From NCBI GenBank assembly GCA_951406725.2, contig OX597821.1:100254001-100318000 (forward strand): a DNA stretch of 64,000 nt. The letters are read 5' to 3'. Within the stretch, counting starts at the first letter, position 1. Each line of letters starts with the position of its first letter. The DNA comes from Octopus vulgaris. Its lineage: Eukaryota. Both the position numbers and the translations under genes were made by a program. Below the pieces are notes generated by a model. It had not been told where the DNA came from and did no database searches. It was given only the letters and a program-made list of their open reading frames with translations. Of this stretch, positions 26,133-40,777 are shown piece by piece.

Positions 26133-28369
26133 GAGGTTGAAAAGTATCAGTGTTATTGAAAGTTCCTAGTTTGGAAAAAAGGTAAGAGGCTTAGCGCCTC
26201 ATTTTGTTATAGAATTGTGAACAATGTAAGAGGTTTGTTGCCTCGTGAATAATAATCATCATCATTGTTCGACCGTTTTCGAGACAATGGAACTTACTAT
26301 GTTAATTGCAAATTCCATAGTCTTTTCAAATGGCTAATAATGTGTGCGCGGGCCGCTACTACACACATTGGAAAGCATTGTACAACCAATCACTAAAGAA
26401 GATCTTTCCTCCTCCATGAAACAAAGCTGTTCCCGCTGGACGTCAACCCAATATTTCTAAGCTACAGACCGAGTGATTTATTGTAAGGTTATCTCCCTAG
26501 ACAGATTGCCTTCACTACGGCTAAGGAGCCCTTTCTACCCCACTGACACAGGTTGTACTGGTTTATAGTTTACCTGTAGCAGGATCCGATGCTGCATACA
26601 TCGAACCTGACCTGACACTGAATAATATGAAATCGATGTTCCCCAGAAAGCACGATCGGCGGGCGTCACTTTTTCCCCCATTAGTCATCATTCTATTTTT
26701 CATTTGATGTAACATTATGACTGTGTCCAGCTTCCTTTCTCGATGTAAGGCCTTTATGGCTAATATAATTAAATAGAGAGGTGACAAATGTCGACGGCAC
26801 TGTAATAATACAGCCACCTCAACGTCGCTCCTTAGCACAAGGAAAATTTGAGTAGCTATAGATATCATGTTGTTTTCTGTCCTTTGCTTGTTCAAAATGC
26901 TTGTCTACTAATACCCGCTTATGAGTTTTGCAGGGCTTAAATTCTTACTCTGTGTAATATTATTTTTGTAGTAACTATTATTTCCTAGTTGCTTACCCTT
27001 CGAAAGTATGAAAAAATGGTTAATATTTTCTTCAAATTTTCTTTTTGTTATATTTACTCAAACCCCAAAGAATTCCTCTCGACACCTGACGACGATACCC
27101 ACTATTCCTGCTCATGATCAGAGATGCACATATTGTCAGCTACTAAAGGACATGCTCAAGTGGTTAAGTGGTTAAGATGAAGTAACTGACAAGCAAATCT
27201 GTGGTTTTGAGCAGAATATTTGCTATAAAAATATTTCTGCTTCAGAAACTCAGCGCTGAATCTGTCTGAAATGTAATGGAAAATGGGTCAGTTTCAAAAC
27301 ATTGATGTCCAGGTCACAAAAGCAATGTTTGAAGGGAACAGAAGTCATTTCTTTTGATTTCTGGATAGAAGCAAATAGAAAATAACACTTACTGCTCAAA
27401 CACAAAATAAATAAATAAATGAAAATTGTCTCAGTGTTACAGATACTGGCGTTTAGTTATATACATCACAGTTCCACAATTTTTATCTTCTGATAATTGC
27501 TTTTGGAGAAGTTTTCACTTTCGTTAACTGAAATATTTCTATCTATTTGAGTGGAAGAAGCTACAAATTGGCCAACTAAATAACTTAGGCTAATAATTTC
27601 AGGTCTTTGTTCTGAGATTAAGTTATATTGGGATTGTTAAGAAGTAATTCTTAATATATACTCTCTCCAGAGAACCACGTTCAAAATTCTTAGTTAATGC
27701 GATTTTAAAATATGTAATAAACTTTGAAATGAACCACGAGAGAACATATAGCTATTAGCCTATGTCAATCGGCAATCCCATGAGGATCATAAAATTTTAC
27801 GAGTTGCATTACATAGATTTGAACAGCTAACACATATTAGTGTTGTTTGCTTGGTTTCATCCTACTAGTAAGAATGAAATATCTACTTCCTCACTTCCAA
27901 ATATAGTTTGCAAAATAGCGAACACTTTACGGTTCTGGATTCGAAACCTGCCAAATAAGACAGGCTGCGATTTGGTGGAGTTATTAGAACGTCGGCTTGA
28001 ATGTTGTGCAGCGTTTGTTTCGGCGTTCTGAGTTCGAATCGCCGGTGACATCAGTTTTTTCAGGTTCGTTAAATAAATGCCAGTCCTCCTCCGCCTCCTC
28101 GCCCTCCTCCCCCTTCCTCTTCTTTTCTAAAAAAATCGGCTGAGTTAAGGTCTACACCACGACGGTCTCCCTTGATTTAAAATGCGGAAACCGTATGTAC
28201 CGATACCGTCCCCACTAAGACTATCATAAGATTAGGACCCAAGAAAGAAAGGAAGGTCATAATAAGAGTATTAAAGAATATTTAGTGCATAACATGGTCG
28301 GTCAATGAATTTTATAAGTAACAAAACGCCCCCCACGTCCAATGAACGGTGCTGAGTTGTCAAACATTT

Positions 28370-28703
28370 AAACCAAATTTTCTCAAAACAACGTGTCCGA
28401 CCGTCCCATTTTGTGGCTTTATTTCAAGCCAGCCGGCTTTTTTTTACGCAAACTGGATGTGCATTTTTCTCGTGTACGCGTAGTATCGATCGCAATAGGT
28501 GATGTACTTGCGCGTACAAATGCACGTTCCCACAGCTTTATCGATCGCATTCTCACCTGGAATCGATTTTTGTATATTTTTCAAGACTTATACACGCCCT
28601 GATACCGTCGGTATCTACATATCAAATTTGAGCGCAATCGGATGGAGGATGCCCGAGATACTAGAAGACACACACACAGACAGAACGGATTTTATATAAT
28701 AGA
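28370..28703 (-). mobile_element. Non-autonomous Helitron-like 5' portion
   Basis: Reverse complement a|TCtattatataaaatccgttctgtctgtgtg...ccgattgcgctcaaattt has the same layout as the 53042 element. Confidence 0.55.
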
Positions 28704-30071
28704 TGATAGCAAAAAGTGACGCGTAGAGAGCCCAGTATTGGTTACTGACGTAGCCGTATTGGTAACTGACGTGGCAAGCACAAAATGTATAATACCACTA
28801 CAAGGAGCAGCTCTGGTCGAGGTGTGGAGGCTTGTGCACCTCAATGACCCTGAGAACTATACTAGCAGAAGCCAAGCTTCTAGTAGGGTCTGTAATGCGG
28901 GACAGGTCATAGGATAGAGGTCAGAGTAATATGTACTACATCTTCCCAGAAGTTAAAATAATTTTTTCCTGGTGCCAACGCTCCTACCTATAAAAGAGAA
29001 TTTTCAGAAGCATCGATGACAATTCAATATCTACAAACCTACAAAACCTGGGAGAAGACGTCCTCCGCTCAAAGGTTGTCTAGATTCGAGAAGAATGGAG
29101 AAACATGCCAATGGTGTGTGCTCCATAGGGGGAGAGGGGGTTTAAGTGAATATATAAATCCATCAATGTTTAATTTGTTTTTCTTAAATTTATTGTGAAA
29201 AAACTGTACTGAATATTTATACAACAATGTTGCCAATATTCAACAAAATGTAGATGTTATTTGAAAGACTTTTCAATCTTTATAACAAATTGAATACATC
29301 TCTGTCAAATGCAATTATTGGTGAAATATCTATGATTATTCTTCTGATCTTAAAAGGAGGATCGTGGACAGTAATAGCTCACCTGTTATGCCATTGTTGT
29401 TGATTTACCCCAGGGTATCTCTCACCGAGCAGACTTGCGCTTAAATGGGTTCCATCCATGATGCTACCGGCCTTTTGTTTATCGGGAGCTACATTGTTTG
29501 ATGTGTTCTTCGTTGTTTCAGACAGTAGGGTATGATCTGAGTTAGAATTCGCCTGTTAGTTCTTTCATTTTGAGCTACCATATTGATACTTCTTAGTAAA
29601 TTTGCCTAATACGTCTATGATGACATAAGTAGTTAACTAGTGATAATGTCTAGTGATGTGGTTGTCTGGTAAATATACAAATTATCCCAACATCACCAAC
29701 AAAGATACATACATAATGCTACATGGCATCAATATCACTAAAAATTATACGGATTGCCGATCAGGAACTCAGAAAACAATACCAAGTAAAAGAATAAACA
29801 TACTACGACGGATACAATTTCATTATTTTGTGTGTACGTCAAAACTTTTTATTGCTTAGCAAACCAAAGGATGTAGCTTGACAGAATCATTAGAGCATCA
29901 ATAAAGGAAAAAAAATGAAGTTTTACAGCATTCCTTCTGTTCAGTTACGGTTAAGGTGTAGAGCTCACAATCAATAGGTTCTTGGTTCGATTTCTGTACA
30001 GGGTGACTAGTTGTGTGTTGTTCCAGTGTATCCGACAGATAACGAGTATTGGCCTACTAGTGCTGGTGCAA

Positions 30072-30105
<34 letters not shown>

Positions 30106-30264
30106 TCAGCTGTTAGGGCCTCTATCTTCTGCTGGATCAAATGAAATAAGGCAGAGTCGAGTATGAGACATTTCGGCAGCGCTGTTATGGTGCCGCCTAT
30201 TTGGTGTTTCTGATTTGATACTGACTTATAATGTTTCTCACGTTCTCGCCCTTCATTCACATTC

Positions 30265-30492
30265 TTATTTCTTTATTGCCCACAAGGGGCTAAACATAGA
30301 GGGAACAATTAAGGACAGACAAACGGATTAAGTCGATTACAGCGACCCCAGTGCGTAATTGGTACTTAATTTATCGAGCCTGAAAGGATGAAAGTCGACC
30401 TCGGCAGAATTTGAACTCAGAACGTAACGGAAGACGAAATACGGCTAAGCATTTCGTCCAGCGCACTAACGATTCTGCCATTTCACTGCCTT
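30265..30492 (-). mobile_element. SINE family B
   Basis: Reverse complement of 19716-19950. Confidence 0.9.
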
Positions 30493-30879
30493 CATTCACA
30501 CTCTCTTCCTATCTCTCTTTCACCTGATTATGTGTGTGAGCATCTAGTTATGTTTGTATATAGATGTTGTGTCTTCCTTTCTCTTTCTCTCTCTCTCACT
30601 GTATGTTTATATTTCTATAATCGCGTGGGAGTGCGTGTATGTAATTTCCTCAAGTGCCAAAAAGTACTGTCACAAGAAGAGATTTCATATCCAGTCGGTC
30701 GTGCCAATTCGGTACCCGCCAAACGACTGGATGGAGACGTCTCGTTTCAAGCCGAGAGGATGTCTCTGCATGTTTGAAGCCACAAAGGCAACTGAATCAA
30801 AAGCAGTAAGACCAAGTGACAGACAAACCGAACGACAGGCAAACAGACAGAAACACACGGAAACACTAACAAAAACAAA

Positions 30880-31200
30880 CCTGGCACTTCGTCGGTTACA
30901 ACAAGGATTCCAGTTGAACTGATCAACGGAACAACTAGCTCATGAAATTAACGTGCATGTGGCTGAGTAGATCACAGACATATGCACCCCTTAACGTAGT
31001 TCGCAGGGAGATTCAGCGTGACACAGAGAGTGACACAGCTGATCCTTTGAAATATAGATACTACTCATATTTGCGAGCTGAGTGGACTGGAGCAACGTGA
31101 AATAAAGTGTCTTGCTCAAGGACACAACGAGTCACCGGGAATTGAACTAATGTCCTTGTGATCGGGAACCGATTTCCCTAACCACTAAGCCACGCGTCTT
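30880..31200 (-). mobile_element. SINE family C variant (related copy at 55520-55815)
   Basis: agctgagtggactggagcaacgtgaaataaagtgtcttgctcaaggacacaac...ctaaccactaagccacgcg. Confidence 0.8.
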
Positions 31201-31937
31201 CGAAAGCATAAGTCATGATAAAATGAACCGGAAAAAATGGAATATGTGTGTATATGCGTAAGTACGACTGTGTGCGGTTGTATGTGTGTAAGTAATATCG
31301 GGTGTATGTGAATATGGTTGTGTGTGATTGTATGTGTGTAAATATGAGCGTGGAGTTGTGTGAGTGTATGCGTGTGGGTATGATTGCTTTCGTGTAAGTA
31401 AGAATGTGTGGTTGCATGTGTGTAAGTATGTATGTGCGGTCGCATATAAGTACGTGTGTGTGTAAATATGAATGTGTGTGCTTGTACGCGTGAGTATAAA
31501 TACAGTTGTATGCGATTATATGTGTGTAAGTATGAGTGTGTGTGTGTATGTGTATAAGTGGGATTGTGTGTAGTTGTACGTGCGAACGTGGGAATACTCG
31601 CTTTATTGATGTATGTATGAATGACCGAGTAACTATGTGTTGGCCTATAGGAGTAAGTAAAAGATTTTAGTGATTCAATATGGTGCATGTGAACGTGAGT
31701 GCCGTATGCTCATGCATAATTGCACATGGTTGTGTGCATACCTATGAATATGTAGTTATATGTTTTATGTATTTAAGAGAGACGAGGCATTATTTGAGTG
31801 CTCCTATATTGCAATATTGTGCAGCATTGCAAGTGTCAGGTGTCAGTAGGCGAGCAGCATTTATATATGTATGGATATATGTATGTATGCATGTATGTAT
31901 GTATGTATGTATGTATGTATGTATGTATGTATGTATG

Positions 31938-32001
<64 letters not shown>

Positions 32002-32054
32002 TGTATATATGTATGTGTATGCATATATGTGTATATGTATGTGGTATGCATGTA

Positions 32055-32090
<36 letters not shown>

Positions 32091-32252
32091 CAAAACGCAC
32101 CCACGAACCCACCACACACCTTCACACGCATATAGATAGGTTGATAAATAGATAGATAGATCGATAGACAGATAGATAAATAGTTAGATAAATAGATAGA
32201 CAGATAGCTAGATACACAGACAGACATACAAACATACAGACAGACAGATAGG

Positions 32253-32336
<84 letters not shown>

Positions 32337-33197
32337 CTTTTGAGCACATGAATATATGAATAAACTCCATTTCGGTAATGCGTGATAGTTAGGTATGTTT
32401 GTGTGAAAAAGACAGAAAGAAAGAAAGAAAGAACGGAAGAAAGAATAAAGAAAAAGAAAGAAAGAAAAGAAGATAGATAGAGAGAGAGAGAGAACTAACA
32501 AGTAAGAAAGTAACACAGAGAAAGAGAGAGAACTCGGATATACGTTCAATGGCCTGTTAGTGTGATTTTCAAATTATATTCAAATAGAGACAATCTGACA
32601 TTTTATTCTTTATATACAGTAATAACATCAAATAACGTCGAAGTTCAATTTAAAATCGGACAATAGTAGTAGACGTAGAAACACAAAGAGATATTTATAT
32701 GGACGGGAAGAAAGGTGGGTAGCAGGATAAAGCAGAGATTGGCACTCAGCTCGACAACCATATATATATCGATAAGACAGTCGGAGAAAGAGACAGGACA
32801 TAGAGGTAAATGAAGATAGACACGGACGTAGGTAAATAGGTGTATAAATGAACAAACAGATTTAAGTGTGTGCGTGTGTATGTGTGTATGGCGTGCGCAC
32901 GCGCGTGCATGTGTGTGTGTGTACACAAATGTATATAATTCCAAGTACACTCATATGCATTATATGTATGCCTGTATGTGGGTATCTATGAGGGGAAATA
33001 CGTCTGCGTGTGAGAGAGTATAGCTAGATAGATAATAAATAGATTAATCATAGATAGATTGATAAAACAGAGACATAAATAGTTATCTCCCCTTCTCCCT
33101 AGCCCTCCTGGGTGACCCTTTCCGTCCGGCATTCGCCATGATAGATCGCTAGCCACTACACATTCTTTATTTTCTCTCCTTGTTTCTTTCTGTGTTC

Positions 33198-33233
33198 CTT
33201 TCTGTGGAAGAACGTAGGCTCGAAACGTTAAAG
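33198..33233 (+). ncRNA. Minimal hammerhead-like motif, A6U variant (copy 2)
   Basis: CTTT CTGTGGA A GAAC-gtag-GCTC GAA ACGT T AAAG. Confidence 0.55.
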
Positions 33234-33548
33234 ACTTTTTCACTTCCCGAGCGTTATACTAATACATCTGTTTGTTGTCTACACCACCTGTCTTCGTCTT
33301 TTTTTTGTGAATTCTCCCCATATACATATATATATATAATTCGATTAGAGGTTGTGTTAACCTCATGAATGAATAGTGTCATCCAAGGAAATACTAGTTC
33401 AATACCTTGTATTTTGGGGGAATTAATTACCTTAAAGTAATAGGTGTATATATAAAAACATATAGTTTATATTCATATAAAAGAAGAAAAAGAAAATGGA
33501 GATTGGGAAGTTAATAATTGTTTATTATTAACAGTAAATTAAGCATCA

Positions 33549-33640
33549 TCCCTTACAGCTGTTTCAAGTAATACTCAGTAAATATTAAGTAAATATTAAA
33601 TTTATATCTATTTGGCCTGAGCATAATATCTTCAGAAGGA
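33549..33640 (-). ncRNA. Type-I hammerhead ribozyme in a pLTR-like element (33339-33660)
   Basis: Reverse complement TCCTT CTGAAGA..ATGCTCAG...CTGAGTAT..GAA ACAGCTGT A AGGGA; the element ends cacaacctctaatcgaat(TA)n. Confidence 0.7.
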
Positions 33641-33950
33641 AAAAAATACACTCTTGGATGTTTTATGTCTTTATTGATTCATTGTAGTAGACTGAATATA
33701 TTCCCTCGGGCCCTACCTGCAAGGTCATGCGCTGTTTATTTTGAAATAATATCACCTTGTCGCGCACTTATGGCTGTGATGCATGTGCCTGGTGTACCCT
33801 TATCAGACGGGTTGTAATAATGGGTATAATGGGCTTTGAATATTTTAATCCAGTGTCACTTTGATGCCATGCGCTGCTCTCTCACTCAATAATAACAACA
33901 ACAACAATAAAAATAACAACAATAACAGCAACAATAACAACAACAACAAC

Positions 33951-34006
<56 letters not shown>

Positions 34007-35264
34007 AAACAGATAGTAATTTGAGCATAGTCATTCCCTAGGGATAATAGTTTCGTTAATTGCATACATGGGTACTTGAAGGAGAGAAAGAAATTGGCGC
34101 AACATTGGAAGAACCGGGTAATAACACAAATGCGGAATAGAATGGGTGAAAGACGCTACATGAGTGAACAGAGGAGAAGAAAGCTGATAAATTGATAAAA
34201 AAAGAAACAGAATAGGAGGGATGAGATGGAGTAAAGGAAAAAAAAACAAACGAAGGAATTTTAAGAGAGAAGGAAGCGGTGTAATGAGAAAGACAGTGGA
34301 AGAATTGAAGAGATGATAAAACGAGAGAAAATGAGGGAGAATAAAGAGTTGGCGGGCAGCAGAATTAATGAGTGATACATAGGGTGAGATAAACTGAAAG
34401 AGGAATGAATGGGAGATGAAGGGGAAATGATAAACAACTTTCCTAAGAGAGAGACACGCGGTTAGAAGAAAAAACAACTTGAAGAAGTGTAAGATATAAT
34501 GTTTATTAGCACTTCTTATCGTTGATGCCAGCTTGTTGTTAATCCTTTATTCCTTATCTCAGTTGCTGCTGGTGTGCAGAACACCACCTGATTGGATAGA
34601 AGCAACAAGAGTCTTTGAAAAACTATAAATTTTCTTCGGCCTTCCAAGGAAGAAATTTAAATACAGCTTCTTTCAATGGATCCTCTTTGAAAAAGTTGGA
34701 CCATTTAGAGGTAATTTATTCTCGTTTCCAACTGTGGTTGTTAATCAGTTTTCATACTAAAATATCATTTAATTAAGGCCTTAAGACGTTTCTTCTCTTC
34801 CTAGCTTGGACTGATTGCTTTCCGAATCCCAAGGAACTCCTTTTTAACAGCTGTCAAGGTTACAACCAAATTAATTCCATCACTCCAAACGGAAAAGAAA
34901 GCGATGTATTTATGGTGCTAAGATCCACTGTCAAAATAGAAATTAAGCGGATTGTCAAATATTTAGCTGTGTTTGCTCCTTTAGCAAGAATTTATGTCGC
35001 TGATAAATAATAAAATTTTGTGCAGTATTTGTGCATTCACAAGAATAGAACACCTTTGTCATATTTGCGATGGCGATTCTATAAAGAAGTGAACTTTTGG
35101 AGCCAAAGTTCAATGAAGAGATTCAAGACATTAAATAAACATACGTGCAGATAGTTCTGAGTGATAAATAACTTTCACCGAGTAAGACGGCTCTTCAGAC
35201 ACACAGAGATATCTGGAGTATAATACTGCAGAATACAAGACGACGAGGCAATAAGTATTGTTTT

Positions 35265-35438
35265 CTACTCTAGGCACAAGGCCCAAAATTGTGGGCGAGG
35301 GGGCCAGTTGATTAGATTGACCCAGTACGCATCTGGTACTTAATTTATCGACTCCTAAAGGATGAAAGGCAAAGAGAGACGATATACCGCTAAGCATTTC
35401 GCTCGGCTTGCTAACGCTTCTGCCAGCTCGCCGCCTTA
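35265..35438 (-). mobile_element. SINE family B, internally deleted
   Basis: Family B motifs on the reverse strand. Confidence 0.8.
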
Positions 35439-35801
35439 GACGAAGCAATAAGTATTGACAAAAATTCCACACAGCCACTCCTACGCCTATATATTGACTA
35501 TTTGAATATCAACGCTTGAAAACTTGATCCCACAATGGCAAGGTTTGATACAACGTTCATTTAAGTCTTCCTCTTTGCATGCTATCGATGTTGCTTAGAA
35601 CAAGGTTGATACAGATTGACGTTGCTTACAGAGCGTGATGAGCTGGTACAGAAACATGACATGCTACCCACCGTTCTACCAGATTCAGCAATACATTAAT
35701 CCAAGGACGGACACTTGGCGGTAGTTGATCTCAGTACAGAGCCGAAACAAATATCATAAAACCGTCTTTTTGAGGCGCTAATAACTCTGCTTTATTGCGT
35801 A

Positions 35802-35947
<146 letters not shown>

Positions 35948-37423
35948 GTAACTAGCTAGCTAGCTAGACATACGTGTGTGTGTGTCTGTGTTTCTCTTCA
36001 TGAATAAGTGCCTGTGTGCTTGTTTCTGTCTGTAAATTGGTTACATTTTGAGCTCAATACACATACAAACACCCACGTGCACATACAAACACGCTCGAGC
36101 ACAAACACACAGACACTCACTTACACGCATATATATGAGAGAGAAAGCAAGGGAGAGAATGGAAAAAAAATAGAAATACTTACGTGGAGAAATGAGAGAA
36201 GTATAAAAGACATTTGCTATCCCCATGCTCGGATTATTCAAGTGAAAGCATTTAGAGAAATCGGTGTGTAAAAATGTGTCCATTTTATCGATGAGGTTTC
36301 CTCATTCTGGTCCTAATTTACCGTAAAAAATTCGCAACAACGCCATAAACGCACTAATGGGGAGAAATTTAAAATAATTTTACGACATATATTGCTTTGT
36401 TTATGTCAAAATCGACGATCTATACTTACCTCTTTTATTACAGAAGCCATTTTGAAATTTATATACAACATGTCTTCTATCTAGATCTGACAAGATATTT
36501 TTGCTAAACATTTTTGCTTCGTTTTTAAACATAAGTAAATGGAAACAATCCTACCTTCCAAAATCCAAATAACATTTTATTTCTTCCAGTGACTGATTTA
36601 TCGCAATTACTAATGTTTTCTTCAAATGTAAGAATAGAGATTTATACGGGATATAAGAGAGAGTACATGATATTCCTGCTTGTCTGAATGTTGCTATGGC
36701 AAGCAATCCTATTTACAATAAACATACCTTCTGCATATGCAGTCGTTCACCCTACATATATGTGCTAAAACCATCAGCTAAACATGCTAAATGCCATCAT
36801 GATAAAGGTATTTTAACCTCGAAATATTGATGTATAAAAAGTTTAAACTGTTATTTTCGTTTTATAATACTTCTGCTTTTCACTCATTTTCAATATAATT
36901 TCTACTTACATTCATAAATTTAACAAATATTTCCTTTATTATCATTTCAGAAAATAGGCATTTAATATATAAAAGTTTCATTAATAATGTATAACAGATC
37001 CACTTGAATGAACGAGTTCGGCCATTGTTGAACGGCAATCAGTCATGTTTAAATTGACAATTGCGTTTTTACACACAAATAATACAATAATAAACTAAGT
37101 TATCAATAGTTTTTAGTGATCTAAGTATGACTATTAGTGTACTTGTGCAGAAAATATTTGCAGAATTTATCAGAGGAAATGGGAAAAGTCGCAGACCAGC
37201 TTTGTTTTTTGTTAGTATTTCATTGGACTCAACAGAAGTCGAGGTGAAAAGTTGACGCACCCACTCATATCGGTATTCCTGTTACGCTCCAGCTTTTATA
37301 AAATTTATTTGCAAAACTCGTTTTATTTTCTTATACATCAATCATAATTTTATCGCTACAACATTTCTTTCAACTCATCCAGGTCTTCTTTACTAATAAG
37401 TCTATCCTCCTCTATCTCTCATG

Positions 37424-37527
<104 letters not shown>

Positions 37528-37540
37528 ATCTATCTATCTA

Positions 37541-37593
<53 letters not shown>

Positions 37594-38263
37594 TGTATAT
37601 GTATAAAGGTAAGCAGAGTTAGCGGTTTTAGTAACCGACTAAGGGATGATAGTATGCGTATTCACTGTCGGTATCCCTGAAAACTTTCGAACCACATCAG
37701 TTGATTGTAAATCAAGTTTTCTCCATTTTCTGATCAACCCCCATCTATATATATATACACACACACACATAGCAATAAAAAGGGAGGAGGAGAATTTCAA
37801 TTATCCTCACGTTGAGAGATGTAATGCAAAAAAATATTTATATAAAATGAAAATTATAAAATGAAATTTAATTAAATATAAAAAGGAAAATGCACGCAGA
37901 TTACATAGTTTTAATGTATTTTTCAACATATTTTATAAGCGGAAGAGTATTGTGTTTGTCGACCGGTTTCGCTTTCGCAAATTATGACATTGAAATTATT
38001 GTAGTTTCGTATTTTCTTAAGAAGATTTTAGTCCATGTTGTGTATGGGAGTTTTTTTGGGATACAACTCCACATAACTTTAAGATTCGTGTGCGCATAGG
38101 GAAACGACTATTTCATCAGAGGTAAGAAGGAGGCTGCTACAAGTAAGTGATGAGACAGACGTGTCCTACGCGTCCACGAAATTTTGAGTCAAATGAAATG
38201 GAACCCAATCAAACTGTTATTGATAATACATGGTGCTCCAATCAAAACTTCCTATATATCAAA

Positions 38264-38572
38264 GTGGAGGCGCAATGGCCCAGTGGTTAGGGCAGCGGAC
38301 TCGCGGTCGTAGGATCCCGGTTTCGATTCCCAGACTGGACGTTGTGTGTGTTTATTGAGCGAAAACACCTAAAAGCTCCACGATGCTCCGGCAGGGGGGG
38401 AGGTGATCCCTGCTGTACTCTTTCACCACTCTTTCTCTCACTCTTTCCTCTGATGGCCTGCTCGCTTAGCCAGCGGGGTGGCGTCATTCGAAGGCCAAAA
38501 ACAATGCGAACGCATTGTGATCAGCGATGTGTAGCAATATCTGATGGTCTGGTCGGTCACGGGATCACGTGA
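38264..38572 (+). mobile_element. Full-length tRNA-derived SINE family D with an RTE-like tail
   Basis: A-box tggcccagtgg, B-box ggtttcgattcc and tail ctggtcggtcacgggatcacgtga; TSD-like atatatcaa on both sides. Confidence 0.88.
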
Positions 38573-39056
38573 TATATATCAATACGTAACACACAGGAAT
38601 TTATTCAATGTAACAAGAAAAGAGAATATCATATAAACGTATCGCTTTTGATTAATTATTACCATCGTAATAGTGGGCTATTTTTGATGAATTATTATTG
38701 CTGATGCTGATTACCTTTTTAAATAGTAGTGATGTGAAATTAAAAAAGATGCATCAGCCAATGAGAAACAATATGTTACCACGTGGTCAACTGGGCGTAT
38801 TGTCTGCTGATTGATGTCTGTCTCGCTGGAATATCTAAATATAACCCATTGATCGTTCTTTAAATCGGGAAATATTTTATATGCTGTGATACGTTTTTCT
38901 GCTTATTTTTTCATAATGTAGTATGCCCAATGGTATCTGTGTATGTATCTGTGAGTGTGGAGAGAGAGAGAAATAGGTAGATAGATAAAGAGAGAGATTT
39001 ACATATGCATATATGCATAAGCACAACACACACATACACACATATGTATTCACACT

Positions 39057-39122
<66 letters not shown>

Positions 39123-39688
39123 AATAAATATGTATATTATATAGAGGGCATTACTATACATAAATGCCACACGCTAGAAGGGACTCTTAAAGTCAAAACT
39201 ACCAAAATAAATAAAAACATCGTATCGAATGCGAGGGAATGCAACTCTCGAAGCGACCCTTTTAAAAGCAGAATTCAGCTGCAAATCATATGATTTCATA
39301 ATTAGTTCAGAAATGCACATTTTAATCGTCAGTGCGAGCATAATTCAAGATTATAAAGAATGAAGAAAAATCAACATACCAGATGAACACCCAATATATC
39401 CAGCGTAGCATATAGAAATGTTCAACTTTTATACATCTATGTAAAAGGCGGGCTTTTTCGAAATGCATCTCGGTACAACGGGTTTATTACGTACATATAA
39501 AAAGTTATCTGTGTGTGTGTGTGTGTGTGTTTATGTGAAGTGAAGCGCTTAGGAATCACATGTTTCTGGCTCAATCTGACCAGACGCTATGTGGGCCAGT
39601 GTCTTATTTTATTTCTTGTGTTAACTGACATTTACTATGTGGAATATCTATTCGAGAGACACTGTATTTATTTATGTATGCCTGTATG

Positions 39689-39766
<78 letters not shown>

Positions 39767-40163
39767 TGTATATATGTGCGTATACAGGCAAACAGAAAGA
39801 AAGCAAAGACGGGAGAATTTCAGTATAAATATATAGACATATATATGTAGGGTACATGGTACACCACACATGTACTTAGTGGCTGATGTTGCACTCACGA
39901 TCGCGAGATCGCGGTTTCAATTCCTAGATCGGGTGGTGCGTTGTGTTCATGAGCTAAGCACTTCATCTCACGTCACTCTGCGATCACTTCAAACCCTGAC
40001 GCGTGGTACACCGTGTACCTGTTCAGGCAACGCCGATTTGATGGCGAGAGGGAGCTAATGTGCAGCACACACATTTAATCATTATAAACAAATCCTTTGT
40101 GCAGGTCGTTCGGTAAAAGCTGAACGCTTATACGTCGTTTTCCATAATATATCAATAGATATA

Positions 40164-40415
40164 GTGGAGGCGCGTGGCTTAGTGATTAGGGTGTCAGCAT
40201 CATGATCGTAAGATTGTGGTTTCGGGCAATGCGTTGTGTTCTTGAGCGAAACACTTCATTTCAAGTTGCTCCAGTCCACTCAATGGCAAAAATGAGTAAC
40301 GCTCAATGGCAAAAATGAGTAACGTCCAGATGGGGAACACATACGCCATAGAAACCGGGAAACCGGGAAACCGGGAAACCGAGCTCATGAGCCTGGCTGG
40401 GCTTTAAAAAGGGCG
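40164..40415 (+). mobile_element. SINE family C
   Basis: Matches the reverse complement of 51645-51892; carries local tandem duplications. Confidence 0.85.
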
Positions 40416-40746
40416 CATTCATTTTAAACGGCGGTGCATCAGCATGGTCGCAGTTCTGAGCTGAAACTAGAAAGAAAGCCCTCACAGAGTACAAACGACA
40501 AAGCCAAGCTCTTGTATTTAAATTGTTTATCCGCATAATTGTCTTCATATCTGCTCACCTTGATTCCTCTTATAGTCACAATTTACTCCCATGGAATTGA
40601 TCCCCCGTAAAGACATTGGAGTCTAGGTTTGAATAATTTGAACACTGAGATTCTCTGGATCGCGTCTCTTGACTATATGTAGTCAACACACACACACACA
40701 CATATATATGTTTGTATGTTTTTTATATGTGTGCATGTATATATAC

Positions 40747-40777
<31 letters not shown>

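Noticed and set aside
28805-28930. RTE-type 5' UTR or ribozyme-like segment
   Set aside because: Resemblance is from memory only; no complete HDV-like or twister fold could be built
34563-34710. Exon-like segment with a good acceptor and GTAAT donor
   Set aside because: Stops in all three frames; no evidence beyond the splice-like signals
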